Source of the DNA: an uncultured Candidatus Saccharibacteria bacterium
Lineage (GTDB): Bacteria; Patescibacteriota; Minisyncoccia; UBA6257; GWB1-50-10
Length of the DNA stretch: 34,775 bases
Direction of reading: 5' to 3'
Assembly (NCBI GenBank): GCA_964362455.1
Contig: CAYIEJ010000001.1
Coordinates: 1-34,775 of the forward strand
Shown here: in pieces, positions 24,671 through 33,373 of the stretch
Numbering within the stretch: the stretch's first letter is position 1
Layout: each line of letters opens with the position of its first letter
Notes under the pieces: model-generated
What the model was told of the DNA's origin: nothing
Seen by the model: only the letters and a program-made list of their open reading frames with translations
The model's database searches: none
Made by a program: the position numbers and the translations under genes

Positions 24671-24691
24671 TCTTACCCCCCCCCGTTTAAA

Positions 24692-25585
24692 TTACTGACA
24701 AGGCGTGCAAGCTCCGCCGCTTAATGTACAAGCGCCTAATGCGCCATTCGCTTTTACGCAAACTAATTTGCCAGAACCAGATACAGTTGAAATTTTGACA
24801 TCACCGTTTACATCAAGCTTCATTGATGGATTACTAGTGCCGATACCGATATTACCATTAGAATCGATTCTTAATCTTTCGGAACCGGCAGTAGAAAAGG
24901 CAAGGCCGTTTGCTACACCGAACATTCCTACGCCACTGACTCCGGCGAACGCATAAGAAGGGGTTGAGGCGGCGCCAATTGATAAAAATATTTTTTCCCA
25001 GGTTGGCGAACCAGAATTGCCAATTTTTAACGTCCCGCCATTTGGTAATATATCTGAATCAAAAGTCGCGGCTGAAATTCTTGCGATTCCGGTTTGCATT
25101 GTTCTTGTAAAAGCGGATTGGGGGTTGGTAGTGCTTGCGCTCAAAACAAGATTCACCTGCACCACAGCAAGCCCGCCAGGATTTTCATATTTGGTGACAT
25201 TAAAACTGTCAACTTTTACTTTTTCGCTGGTGATCCGTTGGGCAACACCCGTTCCGCTTGCGAACGTGCCTTGTTCTAAATAAAGCACGCTTCTGGATAG
25301 ATAAATAAAAGTTTTATCTGTTGCGGTTGCTGACGTTCTTAAAACGAGCGTTGAACTTGATGCTCCGGCCGTATTTTCAATCAAACTTGATTCTTGAACT
25401 AAACGTTTAACAATATCCTGCACTGCGGCAATCTGTTGATTAATTTCATTGGCTGAGCTTTGGCGGGTTTGAATTTTAGTAGTAACTCCTAAAATACCCA
25501 CTAAAAATAAGGCGCTCACCGCAAAAATGGCCGTATAAATCAAAAGTTCGACCAAGGTTAATCCGGCATTGCGTTTTTTATTCAT
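24692..25585 (-). CDS. Type IV pilin-like / pseudopilin protein with a large C-terminal domain
   Basis: From the ATG at 25585 the protein starts MNKKRNAGLTLVELLIYTAIFAVSALFLV, a prepilin cleavage/methylation motif (G/LTLVE plus a hydrophobic helix). The track start at 25723 adds 46 implausible residues and overlaps the divergent gene. Confidence 0.75.
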   Translation of the reverse strand: MNKKRNAGLTLVELLIYTAIFAVSALFLVGILGVTTKIQTRQSSANEINQQIAAVQDIVKRLVQESSLIENTAGASSSTLVLRTSATATDKTFIYLSRSVLYLEQGTFASGTGVAQRITSEKVKVDSFNVTKYENPGGLAVVQVNLVLSASTTNPQSAFTRTMQTGIARISAATFDSDILPNGGTLKIGNSGSPTWEKIFLSIGAASTPSYAFAGVSGVGMFGVANGLAFSTAGSERLRIDSNGNIGIGTSNPSMKLDVNGDVKISTVSGSGKLVCVKANGALGACTLSGGACTPCQ

Positions 25586-25616
25586 GGTCTTAATGTTATA
25601 ATGATAACATACTTTA

Positions 25617-27398
25617 ATGTCCGAAAAAATTTCTACTAAACTGCCGGTTATTTTATTGGGGGTAATAATTGTAGTTGCCTCTTTTTTAATGATTGGGGTT
25701 GCTCGGCAAGAATCGGCCATCATGGACGAATTAGCCCATATCCCGGCCGGTTACGGCTATGTGAAATATTTTGATTTTCGGTTGAACCCGGAACATCCGC
25801 CACTTTTAAAGGTCTTAGCCGCTCTCCCGCTTTTGACAATGGATTTAAATTTTCCGACCACTCACAGAAGCTGGACAACCGATATCAATGGGCAATGGGA
25901 AGTCGGCGCTAAGTTTCTTTACGAATCCGGCAATGACGCGGATAAGATTGTGTTTGTTTCGAGAATAATTCCGATTCTTTTTACTTTACTGACAATAATA
26001 TTAATTTATCTTTGGTCCAAGGAGCTTTTTTCGAAATGGTGGGCGCTTATCCCGCCGTTTCTTTTTGCGTTATCGCCCACGGTCCTTGCTCATGGTCATT
26101 ATGTGACAACCGATATCGCTGCCGCTTTCGGCATCATTCTTGCAACCTATTTATTTTTGAAATTTCTTCTTCATTCTTCGAGAAGGAATTTAATCTGGGC
26201 GGGCATCGGTTTGGGGATTGCCGAGCTGGCCAAATTTTCAGCGGTTTTGCTTATCCCCTATTTTTTGATTGTTTTATTATTTTTTATTTTTTCACCGCTT
26301 AGGCGTTATAGCCGTCGGTACTATTTCGGTTCCGCGTTTCTTATTTTTTTAATTGCGCTTGGTATAATTTATGCAGTTTATTTTATTTTTACCTTAAATT
26401 ACCCCTTGGAAAAACAGGCGGCAGATTCAAAATTTATTTTAAATTCATTCAGTCCGCGTTGGCTTGCCGGCATCCCCACTGTTTTGGCGGAAAATAGGAT
26501 TACGAGACCTCTCGCTGAATACATTTTGGGTTTTTTGATGGTAATGCAGCGTTCGGCCGGCGGCAACACGACTTATTTTTTAGGCGTTGTTTCCGCTGCC
26601 GGTTCAAAACTTTATTTCCCGTTGACTTTTTTTTTAAAAGAATCACTACCGGTCATTATTTTTATTTTGACGGCGTTCACTGTAGGCGTTTGGAAATTTT
26701 TCAAAAGCGTTAAAAATAAAAGCCGGGTTAAAAGATTTATTGATTTTTTAGGGACAAATTTTTCGGAATTCGCGATGTTTCTTTTTGTCGCGATTTATTG
26801 GGTTTACACCGTTCGTAGCCCGTTGAATATAGGTTTTCGCCATCTTTTACCGAGCATACCGTTTATTTACATTTTGAGCGTAATCGGACTAAAAACTCTT
26901 AGATTTAACCTAAAAAAATGGGCGCTTGGTTTGCTTTTAATTTGGTTTGCGGCGGAGACTTTTGTCGCGGCCCCATACTTCCTTTCTTATTTCAATCAGA
27001 TTGGCGGCGGCACTCGCGGCGGCTATCGATATGTTACCGATTCAAATTACGATTGGGGACAAGATTTAAAGCGGCTGGTTGCGTTTACGGACGAAAAAAG
27101 AATAAGTAAGATCGCGGTTGATTATTTTGGCGGCGGCAATCCCCAATATTATTTAAACGATAAGGTTGAATACTGGTGGTCGTCAAAAGGCAATCCTAAA
27201 GAAATGGGCGTTGAGTGGCTTGCGGTTTCAGTCAATACGCTGCAAGGCGCTTTTGGCAGGTTATATCCGGGTCATCAAAGGAGTCCGAATGACGAATATC
27301 GCTGGCTTCGCGATTTACGGTCCCAACCGACTGCTTTTGGCGAGGTGCCTCTGCCAGATTTTAGAGTCGGCACTTCGATTTTTGTCTATCACTTATAG
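25617..27398 (+). CDS. Polytopic glycosyltransferase, GT39/ArnT/PMT-like (lipid-carrier dependent)
   Basis: 593 aa with more than 10 TM helices. An N-terminal loop DELAHIPAGYGY carries the DE motif typical of GT-C enzymes. The C-terminal domain is soluble. Confidence 0.7.
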   Translation: MSEKISTKLPVILLGVIIVVASFLMIGVARQESAIMDELAHIPAGYGYVKYFDFRLNPEHPPLLKVLAALPLLTMDLNFPTTHRSWTTDINGQWEVGAKFLYESGNDADKIVFVSRIIPILFTLLTIILIYLWSKELFSKWWALIPPFLFALSPTVLAHGHYVTTDIAAAFGIILATYLFLKFLLHSSRRNLIWAGIGLGIAELAKFSAVLLIPYFLIVLLFFIFSPLRRYSRRYYFGSAFLIFLIALGIIYAVYFIFTLNYPLEKQAADSKFILNSFSPRWLAGIPTVLAENRITRPLAEYILGFLMVMQRSAGGNTTYFLGVVSAAGSKLYFPLTFFLKESLPVIIFILTAFTVGVWKFFKSVKNKSRVKRFIDFLGTNFSEFAMFLFVAIYWVYTVRSPLNIGFRHLLPSIPFIYILSVIGLKTLRFNLKKWALGLLLIWFAAETFVAAPYFLSYFNQIGGGTRGGYRYVTDSNYDWGQDLKRLVAFTDEKRISKIAVDYFGGGNPQYYLNDKVEYWWSSKGNPKEMGVEWLAVSVNTLQGAFGRLYPGHQRSPNDEYRWLRDLRSQPTAFGEVPLPDFRVGTSIFVYHL

Positions 27399-28204
27399 TA
27401 AATTCTGTTCGGTACGCGGAAGTCCAAATAAGAAAGTTTATTTAAATCAAAGCGTTGAGCGAGATTAGAAAAAATTAATTCAAGATTTTCCGGTATAAAA
27501 TCCAGGCTGAAATAAATTACGGGCTTCCAAACTGTTTTAAGCTCCCATTCGCGTAATGCCAAATCCTTTATTTCGATTTCGGCAATGGCAATGTTATTTT
27601 CTTTGGCAATTTTTACAGTCCCCAGAAAATTTTTTATCCATTCTTCGTTCGGCAAAATTTTATTACTGATTGCTAAATCGCGAGTGTTTTGATCTTCTAT
27701 TTTTGTAATTAAAACACCGTGAACTTCAGGCGTTTCCGAAAAAATAAAACCTTCAGCATCAAAAGCATAACAATTTTTTTCAGATACGCACCAAACACCG
27801 AAAAGCTCCCGTTCTTTAACTTGGATAATAACTTTTCTTTCGGTCAAATTGCTGTTAATTTTTAGTTCGGCGATAATCGGCGAGGTCTCGGCCGGAAGGT
27901 TCGGTTCAGCTCCAAATTCCCAGAATAAAATATTTTTGGAGCCAACAAACGTTCGCCAACCAGCATCTTTTTTCATTTGGGCGGTAATCGCCGAGAGCAA
28001 ACTTTCATCCGAAATCAATTCAATTCCTTTTATTTGAATATTTTTGATTTTAAAATAATCCGAATAAATCACGAAATAACCGCCCGCGGCGCCTATAAGT
28101 AGAAATAAAAATAAAACAATGAAAAACACCAATTTTTTACGGTTTCTTTTTCTGTTGCTTCGGCCGGTTAAAGAAAGTTCTTTTTTTCTTTTTGGGAAAA
28201 TCAT
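27389..28204 (-). CDS. ftsQ: Cell division protein FtsQ/DivIB-like (POTRA domain)
   Basis: 271 aa with a basic N-terminus, one TM helix and then a POTRA-like segment FKIKNIQIKGIELISDESLLSAI. Confidence 0.65.
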   Translation of the reverse strand: MIFPKRKKELSLTGRSNRKRNRKKLVFFIVLFLFLLIGAAGGYFVIYSDYFKIKNIQIKGIELISDESLLSAITAQMKKDAGWRTFVGSKNILFWEFGAEPNLPAETSPIIAELKINSNLTERKVIIQVKERELFGVWCVSEKNCYAFDAEGFIFSETPEVHGVLITKIEDQNTRDLAISNKILPNEEWIKNFLGTVKIAKENNIAIAEIEIKDLALREWELKTVWKPVIYFSLDFIPENLELIFSNLAQRFDLNKLSYLDFRVPNRIYYK

Positions 28205-28208
28205 GGTT

Positions 28209-29354
28209 TTAAATCAAGTATTTTTTAATAAGCGGATTAAGGCGAGTAATTGTTTCGTAATGACTGGTTTCTTCCAATTCCGCCAATTTCTGGGCGGTTA
28301 TTTCTTTTTTACCGTCTTTACCGATTAGGGTTGCGATTGCGCCGGCTTTTATTTTAGATTCTAACGGTAAATCAACGGCGATTAAATCCATTGAAACGCG
28401 GCCCAGAACTTTTGCAAAACGTCCGCCAATTAGAACCAAGCCAGCGCTTGATAGGATTCGCGGAAAACCATGCCAATAGCCGATAGGAATTATCCCTCCC
28501 TTGGTTTTTGTAAGAATCTTTTCCGTTAAATCATAGCCGATAAAATCGCCTGGGTTAAATTTTTTGATTTCGCTTACAATCGCCCGCCAACTTAGAACCG
28601 GTTTTAAGGATAACTTTCTTTTCCAAATTAAAGGGTGTTGGGCTTCGATTTCTTTTGTCGGCCAATAACCGTATAGGCCAATCCCCACTCGCACTATGTC
28701 AAAATGAGTTTGTGGGTAAAGAATGGCGCCGCCGGTTGCCGCCGCGTGATGAATTAAACCTTTAAAACCGGCTTTGCGGCATAAATCAATAGCATTTTTA
28801 AATTCTTTCAGCTGCCGCAAGGTGTAATCGGGATAAGTTACATCCTTTGCCGCGGCAAAATGGGTATATATTCCTTTAAGGCAGTTTTTTAGCTTTGATT
28901 TCTTGATTAATCTCAACGCGTTCGGTAAATCTCCCAAATAAAAACCTTGGCGGTGCATGCCAGTGTCTATTTTAAGATGAAAATCCGGCGCGAAGCGATT
29001 TCGCAGCAATGTTTTTAAAACATCAAAATTAGAAACAGTTAAGGTAATGCCGGTTATTCTAGCCAATTTTAGTTGTTCGTTTGTTGAAGACGGGCCCAGA
29101 ACCAAAATCGGTTTCTTAATATTGGCATTGCGGAGTTTCAAACCCTCAATAACGCTATCAACGCAAAATCCGTCTACGCCAAATTCATCGGCAATCTTTG
29201 AAAAATCAACAAGGCCGTGGCCATAAGCGTTGGATTTAACCACCGCAAAAAGTTTTGTTTGCTTTTTAAGAGTTGAACGGAACGTCTCAATATTATGGCG
29301 GAGAGCCCGCTTTTCAAGTTCGATCCAGGTCTTATACTCCGGCTTTATTTTCAT
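28209..29354 (-). CDS. alr: Alanine racemase
   Basis: 381 aa with the PLP-lysine motif AVVKSNAYGHG and the C-terminal GRVSMD motif. Confidence 0.9.
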   Translation of the reverse strand: MKIKPEYKTWIELEKRALRHNIETFRSTLKKQTKLFAVVKSNAYGHGLVDFSKIADEFGVDGFCVDSVIEGLKLRNANIKKPILVLGPSSTNEQLKLARITGITLTVSNFDVLKTLLRNRFAPDFHLKIDTGMHRQGFYLGDLPNALRLIKKSKLKNCLKGIYTHFAAAKDVTYPDYTLRQLKEFKNAIDLCRKAGFKGLIHHAAATGGAILYPQTHFDIVRVGIGLYGYWPTKEIEAQHPLIWKRKLSLKPVLSWRAIVSEIKKFNPGDFIGYDLTEKILTKTKGGIIPIGYWHGFPRILSSAGLVLIGGRFAKVLGRVSMDLIAVDLPLESKIKAGAIATLIGKDGKKEITAQKLAELEETSHYETITRLNPLIKKYLI

Positions 29355-29364
29355 TAATTCTATT

Positions 29365-30615
29365 CTATCCTATTTCTGGCTTGCCAAGATAATCTCGCAG
29401 AGCGTCGGGTACTTTAATGGTGCCTTTTTTAGTTTGATAATTTTCAATAATGGCGATAATGGTTCGGCCAATCGCAAAAGCCGTGGCATTTAAAAGATGA
29501 ACATATTCATTTTCGTTATTGCCGTTTGCGTATTTAACATTGATCCCCCTTGCTTGGAAATCGGTGGTGTTGGAACACGAATGAGTTTCTCGATACTCTC
29601 CCGAGCCAGGAAGCCAGGTTTCAAGGTCGTATTGCTTTGCGTCGGTAAAACCCATCTCGCCGGTCGGAATAAGGACGATTCGGTAAGGAAGTTTTAGGCG
29701 CTGCATCAGTTTTTCTTGAAGCGAAAGAAGAAATTCGTGTTCCTTTTCCGAATCTTTTGGTCGGCTGAAAGAAAACATTTCTATCTTGTCAAATTGATGG
29801 ACTCGTAAGATGCCTTTTGTGTCCTTGCCGTAAGAACCGGCTTCGCGTCTAAAACAAGTTGAAAAACCGACATAACGGCGCGGAAGTGTTTTATCCTCTA
29901 AAATTTCATTCATGTGCAAAGGCCCGAGAGTATGCTCGGCGCTACCCACAAGATATAAATCGTCTTTCGCTAGATAATAACGTTCGTCTTTTTGGTCGGT
30001 GGCTAATCGGCCCATGCCCTCAAATACTTTCGGGCGGATCATTACAGGCGGCACGACCGGCGTAAAACCGTTTTCAATCAAAACATCCATAGCCAATTTG
30101 AGAAGTGCAAATTCCAACCGCGCGGCATCCTTTAAAAGATAGCCGAAGCGACTGCCGGCTATTTGCGAGGCTTTTTTGATGTCAATTAAGCCTAGCGTTT
30201 CGGCCAAAGTTAAATAATCGCGCGGTTTAAAATTCAATTTTGGTTTTTCGCCCCATTCTTTTACAATTTTCGCGGCGCTTAAATCGCCAACCGGCACATC
30301 GTCAAATGGTAAATTTGGCAAACTTTGCAGAATTTCATCGCGTTTAATTTTTAAATTTTCTCTTGCGTCGCTTACCTCTTTAACTCTTTTTTTTATAATC
30401 TGGGCCCGGCTGATTGCGTCTTTTGTCTGATGCGTTCCCAGTTCTTTGTTTAGGCGGTTTTGTTCGGCTTTCAGCTGGTCTAAGGCCGTGGTTTTAATCC
30501 GCCATTCTTCATCAAGGCGTAAAAATTTATCCACCAGCTTCGGGTTCACATTTTTTTTCTGGACGCCTTCTTTAACTTTTTCCGGATTTTGACGAATGAA
30601 GTTTATATCAAGCAT
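29365..30615 (-). CDS. serS: Seryl-tRNA synthetase
   Basis: 416 aa with an N-terminal coiled-coil arm and class II motifs (FSTCFRREAGSYGKDTKGILRVHQF, ATAFAIGRT). Confidence 0.95.
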   Translation of the reverse strand: MLDINFIRQNPEKVKEGVQKKNVNPKLVDKFLRLDEEWRIKTTALDQLKAEQNRLNKELGTHQTKDAISRAQIIKKRVKEVSDARENLKIKRDEILQSLPNLPFDDVPVGDLSAAKIVKEWGEKPKLNFKPRDYLTLAETLGLIDIKKASQIAGSRFGYLLKDAARLEFALLKLAMDVLIENGFTPVVPPVMIRPKVFEGMGRLATDQKDERYYLAKDDLYLVGSAEHTLGPLHMNEILEDKTLPRRYVGFSTCFRREAGSYGKDTKGILRVHQFDKIEMFSFSRPKDSEKEHEFLLSLQEKLMQRLKLPYRIVLIPTGEMGFTDAKQYDLETWLPGSGEYRETHSCSNTTDFQARGINVKYANGNNENEYVHLLNATAFAIGRTIIAIIENYQTKKGTIKVPDALRDYLGKPEIG

Positions 30616-30784
30616 TTAAAACTGATTATAAGAAATTTTTCAGAAAAATGCACGGTTTTTAAGGTTTTTACAAAAGCTTGACTTATTTTTAAGTGAATGC
30701 TATTGTTTGAAAATACTGAATTAGTCAGTTCCCCCTCACGAGGGCATCGTGGAAACTTAGCTCTTTGAAAGGAGGGTATAATAC

Positions 30785-31402
30785 ATGGAAAGAATTTACG
30801 CGTTTCTTCCGTCTATCTTAATTATCGTCTGCATCGCTGGCACTACACTTCTTTATAACAAGTTAATTACTAAGCGCCTAGGAGAAGATAATCTAAAAAT
30901 TAACGAGTGGGTAAAAAATAATAAATGGAAAGCTTTTTCATCTTTTGCACCGGTAATTTATATTGGGACGCCGGCAATAGAAGAACTGATTTTTCGTGCA
31001 CCTCTTGTAATAATATTTAATACAATGTCTTTATCCGCTTGGTGCGGTATACTTATATCGGGCGGTTTATTTGCGTTGTTACATTGGCGCGATGGAATTA
31101 AATTCGTAGTTAATGGTTTTTCGTTTTCTTTTTCGATTTTTTCTAACAAAGAGGAAAGAACTTGGATAGAAGGCGTTAATACACTGTGTGTACTAATACT
31201 TGGTATTTTGACCGGCTACTATGGTATAAAATATCAATCAATTTGGGTAAGCGTTGGCATACATGCTCTCTGGAATCTTATTGCGCCTGTTTTTTTTGTA
31301 CTGTTTATATCAATGGGAATGATAGTTTTTCTCGTCATACGAAACAAACTAGATACTTGGAAATGGAAGCGCAACTTCATAAAAAATAATTCTTTTCGTT
31401 AA
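30785..31402 (+). CDS. CPBP-family intramembrane metalloprotease (CAAX protease / Abi-like)
   Basis: 205 aa polytopic protein with signature motifs EELIFRAP (EExxxR), FALLHW (FxxxH) and HALWN (HxxxN). Confidence 0.8.
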   Translation: MERIYAFLPSILIIVCIAGTTLLYNKLITKRLGEDNLKINEWVKNNKWKAFSSFAPVIYIGTPAIEELIFRAPLVIIFNTMSLSAWCGILISGGLFALLHWRDGIKFVVNGFSFSFSIFSNKEERTWIEGVNTLCVLILGILTGYYGIKYQSIWVSVGIHALWNLIAPVFFVLFISMGMIVFLVIRNKLDTWKWKRNFIKNNSFR

Positions 31403-31407
31403 ATCAT

Positions 31408-31446
31408 AAAGCCCCTTTCGAAAATTTTTCGGCGGGGGCCTTTTCG
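31408..31446. terminator. Hairpin terminator between the convergent CPBP and lysS genes
   Basis: GCCCC...GGGGC with inner CGAAAA/TTTTCG pairing, an A-run before it and TTTTCGTTT after it. Confidence 0.5.
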
Positions 31447-31459
31447 TTTCCCTCTTATT

Positions 31460-32908
31460 TTAATCCCCTTTTGGTCGCATTAAAGGAAAAAACACTGTTT
31501 CCCGCACAGGTTTATCCATTAAAACCGCAAATAAACGTTCTGACATGCCGAAACCAGCGGCTGGCGGCATGCCATATTCCAGCGCTTCCAAAAAATCTTC
31601 ATCCAATCTTTGCGCTTCTTTGTCCCCCGCTTCCCGTAATTTCATCTGTTCTTCAAATCTTTTACGCTGGTCAAGCGGGTCATTTAATTCGGAAAACCCT
31701 TTGCCTAATTCTGTGCCGGCGGCCATAATTTGGAATCTTTGAACGCGATTCAGGTCTTCTTTTAAGCGCTTGGCAAGCGGTTCAAGTTCAATCGGTGGGT
31801 CAACCAGAAAACAAGGTTGAATTAATTTCGGCCGGACGGTTTTTTTATAAATTAAATCAATAAGGCGTCCCCTGCCGGCGTTTACTCCAAATTCAATTTT
31901 TAATTCCTGCGCTTTCTTTTTTAGGTCTTGGATTGCCGCATTTTTTAAATCCAAACCGGTTTCCGTTTTAAAGGTCTTGTAATAATCAATCTTTGGCCAT
32001 TTTTTACCCCAATCAATTTTTTCTTTCCCGAAATTTGTTTTGAGGTTGCCGAAAACTGCCTTGATAGTTGTTTTATACATTTCTTCAATAAATTGAGCCA
32101 TGTCGTTGTAATCGGCGTAAGCCCAATAACATTCCATCTGTGTATAATCCTGCAGATGTTCTTTATCAATGCCTTCATTGCGGAAAATGCGGCCGATTTC
32201 AAAAACTTTTTCATAACCGCCGACTAATAATTTTTTGAGCGGGAGTTCAAGAGAAATTCTTAAATAAAAATCCGCGTCTAGGGCGTTATGATGAGTTACG
32301 AAAGGTTCGGCTTCGGCGCCGCCAGGAACATTTTCCAATACGGGGGTTTCCACTTCCAAAAAATCGGCTTTTTTCAGGAAATCTCTGACACTTTTCCAAA
32401 AAAGGCTTTTTTTAGCGAATATTTCTCTTGTTTCTTGATTCAGGAGTAAATCCAAATATCTTTTCCTTAAGCGGGTTTCAGTGTCTTCAAGCCCATACCA
32501 TTGGGTTGGCAGCGGTCGTAAACTTTTGGCGATAATTTTTGCATTATCGCAGAGAATGCTTTTTTCACCGCGCGCCGTCTTAAAAACTTTTCCCGAAACC
32601 TCAATAAAATCGCCGATATCAAAAGTGGTTTTGATAAGATTAAATTCTTCAGTTTCTTTTTCGTTGACAACTATTTGCATTCGGCCGCTTCTGTCTTCTA
32701 TTTTTCCAAACAGGATTTTTCCTTGATCTCGCCATTCGAGAATTCGGCCGACGACAGAAAAAACTTTCTCCGATTTTTCTAAAGCGGAAAATTCTTCGAA
32801 AGCGTCGCTGATAAAAAAATCACGCTTTATTTTGGCGGGATAGGGATCAAAACTTCCTTTGTACTTATCTAATTTTTGCTTTCGGTCGCGGATGATATCG
32901 TCAAGCAT
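31460..32908 (-). CDS. lysS: Lysyl-tRNA synthetase (class II)
   Basis: N-terminal OB fold and a class II core (EIGRIFRNEGID, GGAEAEPF, GMPPAAGFGMS). I prefer the ATG at 32908 (MLDDIIRDRK...). The track start at 32938 is a TTG overlapping greA. Confidence 0.93.
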   Translation of the reverse strand: MLDDIIRDRKQKLDKYKGSFDPYPAKIKRDFFISDAFEEFSALEKSEKVFSVVGRILEWRDQGKILFGKIEDRSGRMQIVVNEKETEEFNLIKTTFDIGDFIEVSGKVFKTARGEKSILCDNAKIIAKSLRPLPTQWYGLEDTETRLRKRYLDLLLNQETREIFAKKSLFWKSVRDFLKKADFLEVETPVLENVPGGAEAEPFVTHHNALDADFYLRISLELPLKKLLVGGYEKVFEIGRIFRNEGIDKEHLQDYTQMECYWAYADYNDMAQFIEEMYKTTIKAVFGNLKTNFGKEKIDWGKKWPKIDYYKTFKTETGLDLKNAAIQDLKKKAQELKIEFGVNAGRGRLIDLIYKKTVRPKLIQPCFLVDPPIELEPLAKRLKEDLNRVQRFQIMAAGTELGKGFSELNDPLDQRKRFEEQMKLREAGDKEAQRLDEDFLEALEYGMPPAAGFGMSERLFAVLMDKPVRETVFFPLMRPKGD

Positions 32909-32910
32909 AA

Positions 32911-33369
32911 TTATTCTATGTTCAAAATTTGATAGCAAATTTCACCTTTTGGAGTGTTGATATAATTCGTATCGCCGATTTTTTTCCCGAGTAAGCTTCG
33001 TCCCAGCGGCGATTCGTTGGAAATTAAACCTTTAGCCGGGCTTGCTTCGTTTGAACCAACAATTGTATATGAGATAACCTCCTTGTTCTTTTTTACCTTT
33101 ACTTTTGAACCGATTCTTACAGTTTCTGAACCGTTCGGTTTTTTAATGATTGCCGATTTTTTAAGCAATTCTTCAAGCTGGCTCAGTTTTTGCTCCAAAC
33201 GCATTTGATCTTCGCGGGCCTGCTGATATTCGGAGTTTTCCGAGAGATCGCCAAGTTCTTTGGCGTGCCTCAACCTTTCGGCGACTTCTTTTCTGCCTTT
33301 AGTTTTTAAATCATTGAACTCCGCAAGAAGTTCATTATAACGTTCTTGGGTTAAGTAAGCCTTATCCAT
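32911..33369 (-). CDS. greA: Transcription elongation factor GreA
   Basis: 152 aa with an N-terminal coiled coil carrying GDLSENSEY. The C-terminal domain ends ...SPLGRSLLGKKIGD. Confidence 0.93.
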   Translation of the reverse strand: MDKAYLTQERYNELLAEFNDLKTKGRKEVAERLRHAKELGDLSENSEYQQAREDQMRLEQKLSQLEELLKKSAIIKKPNGSETVRIGSKVKVKKNKEVISYTIVGSNEASPAKGLISNESPLGRSLLGKKIGDTNYINTPKGEICYQILNIE

Positions 33370-33373
33370 ATTT

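Noticed and set aside
25586-25723. 46-residue N-terminal extension of the pilin-like ORF.
   Set aside because: The prepilin leader plus methylation motif begins at the Met at 25585. The extension overlaps the divergent glycosyltransferase start.
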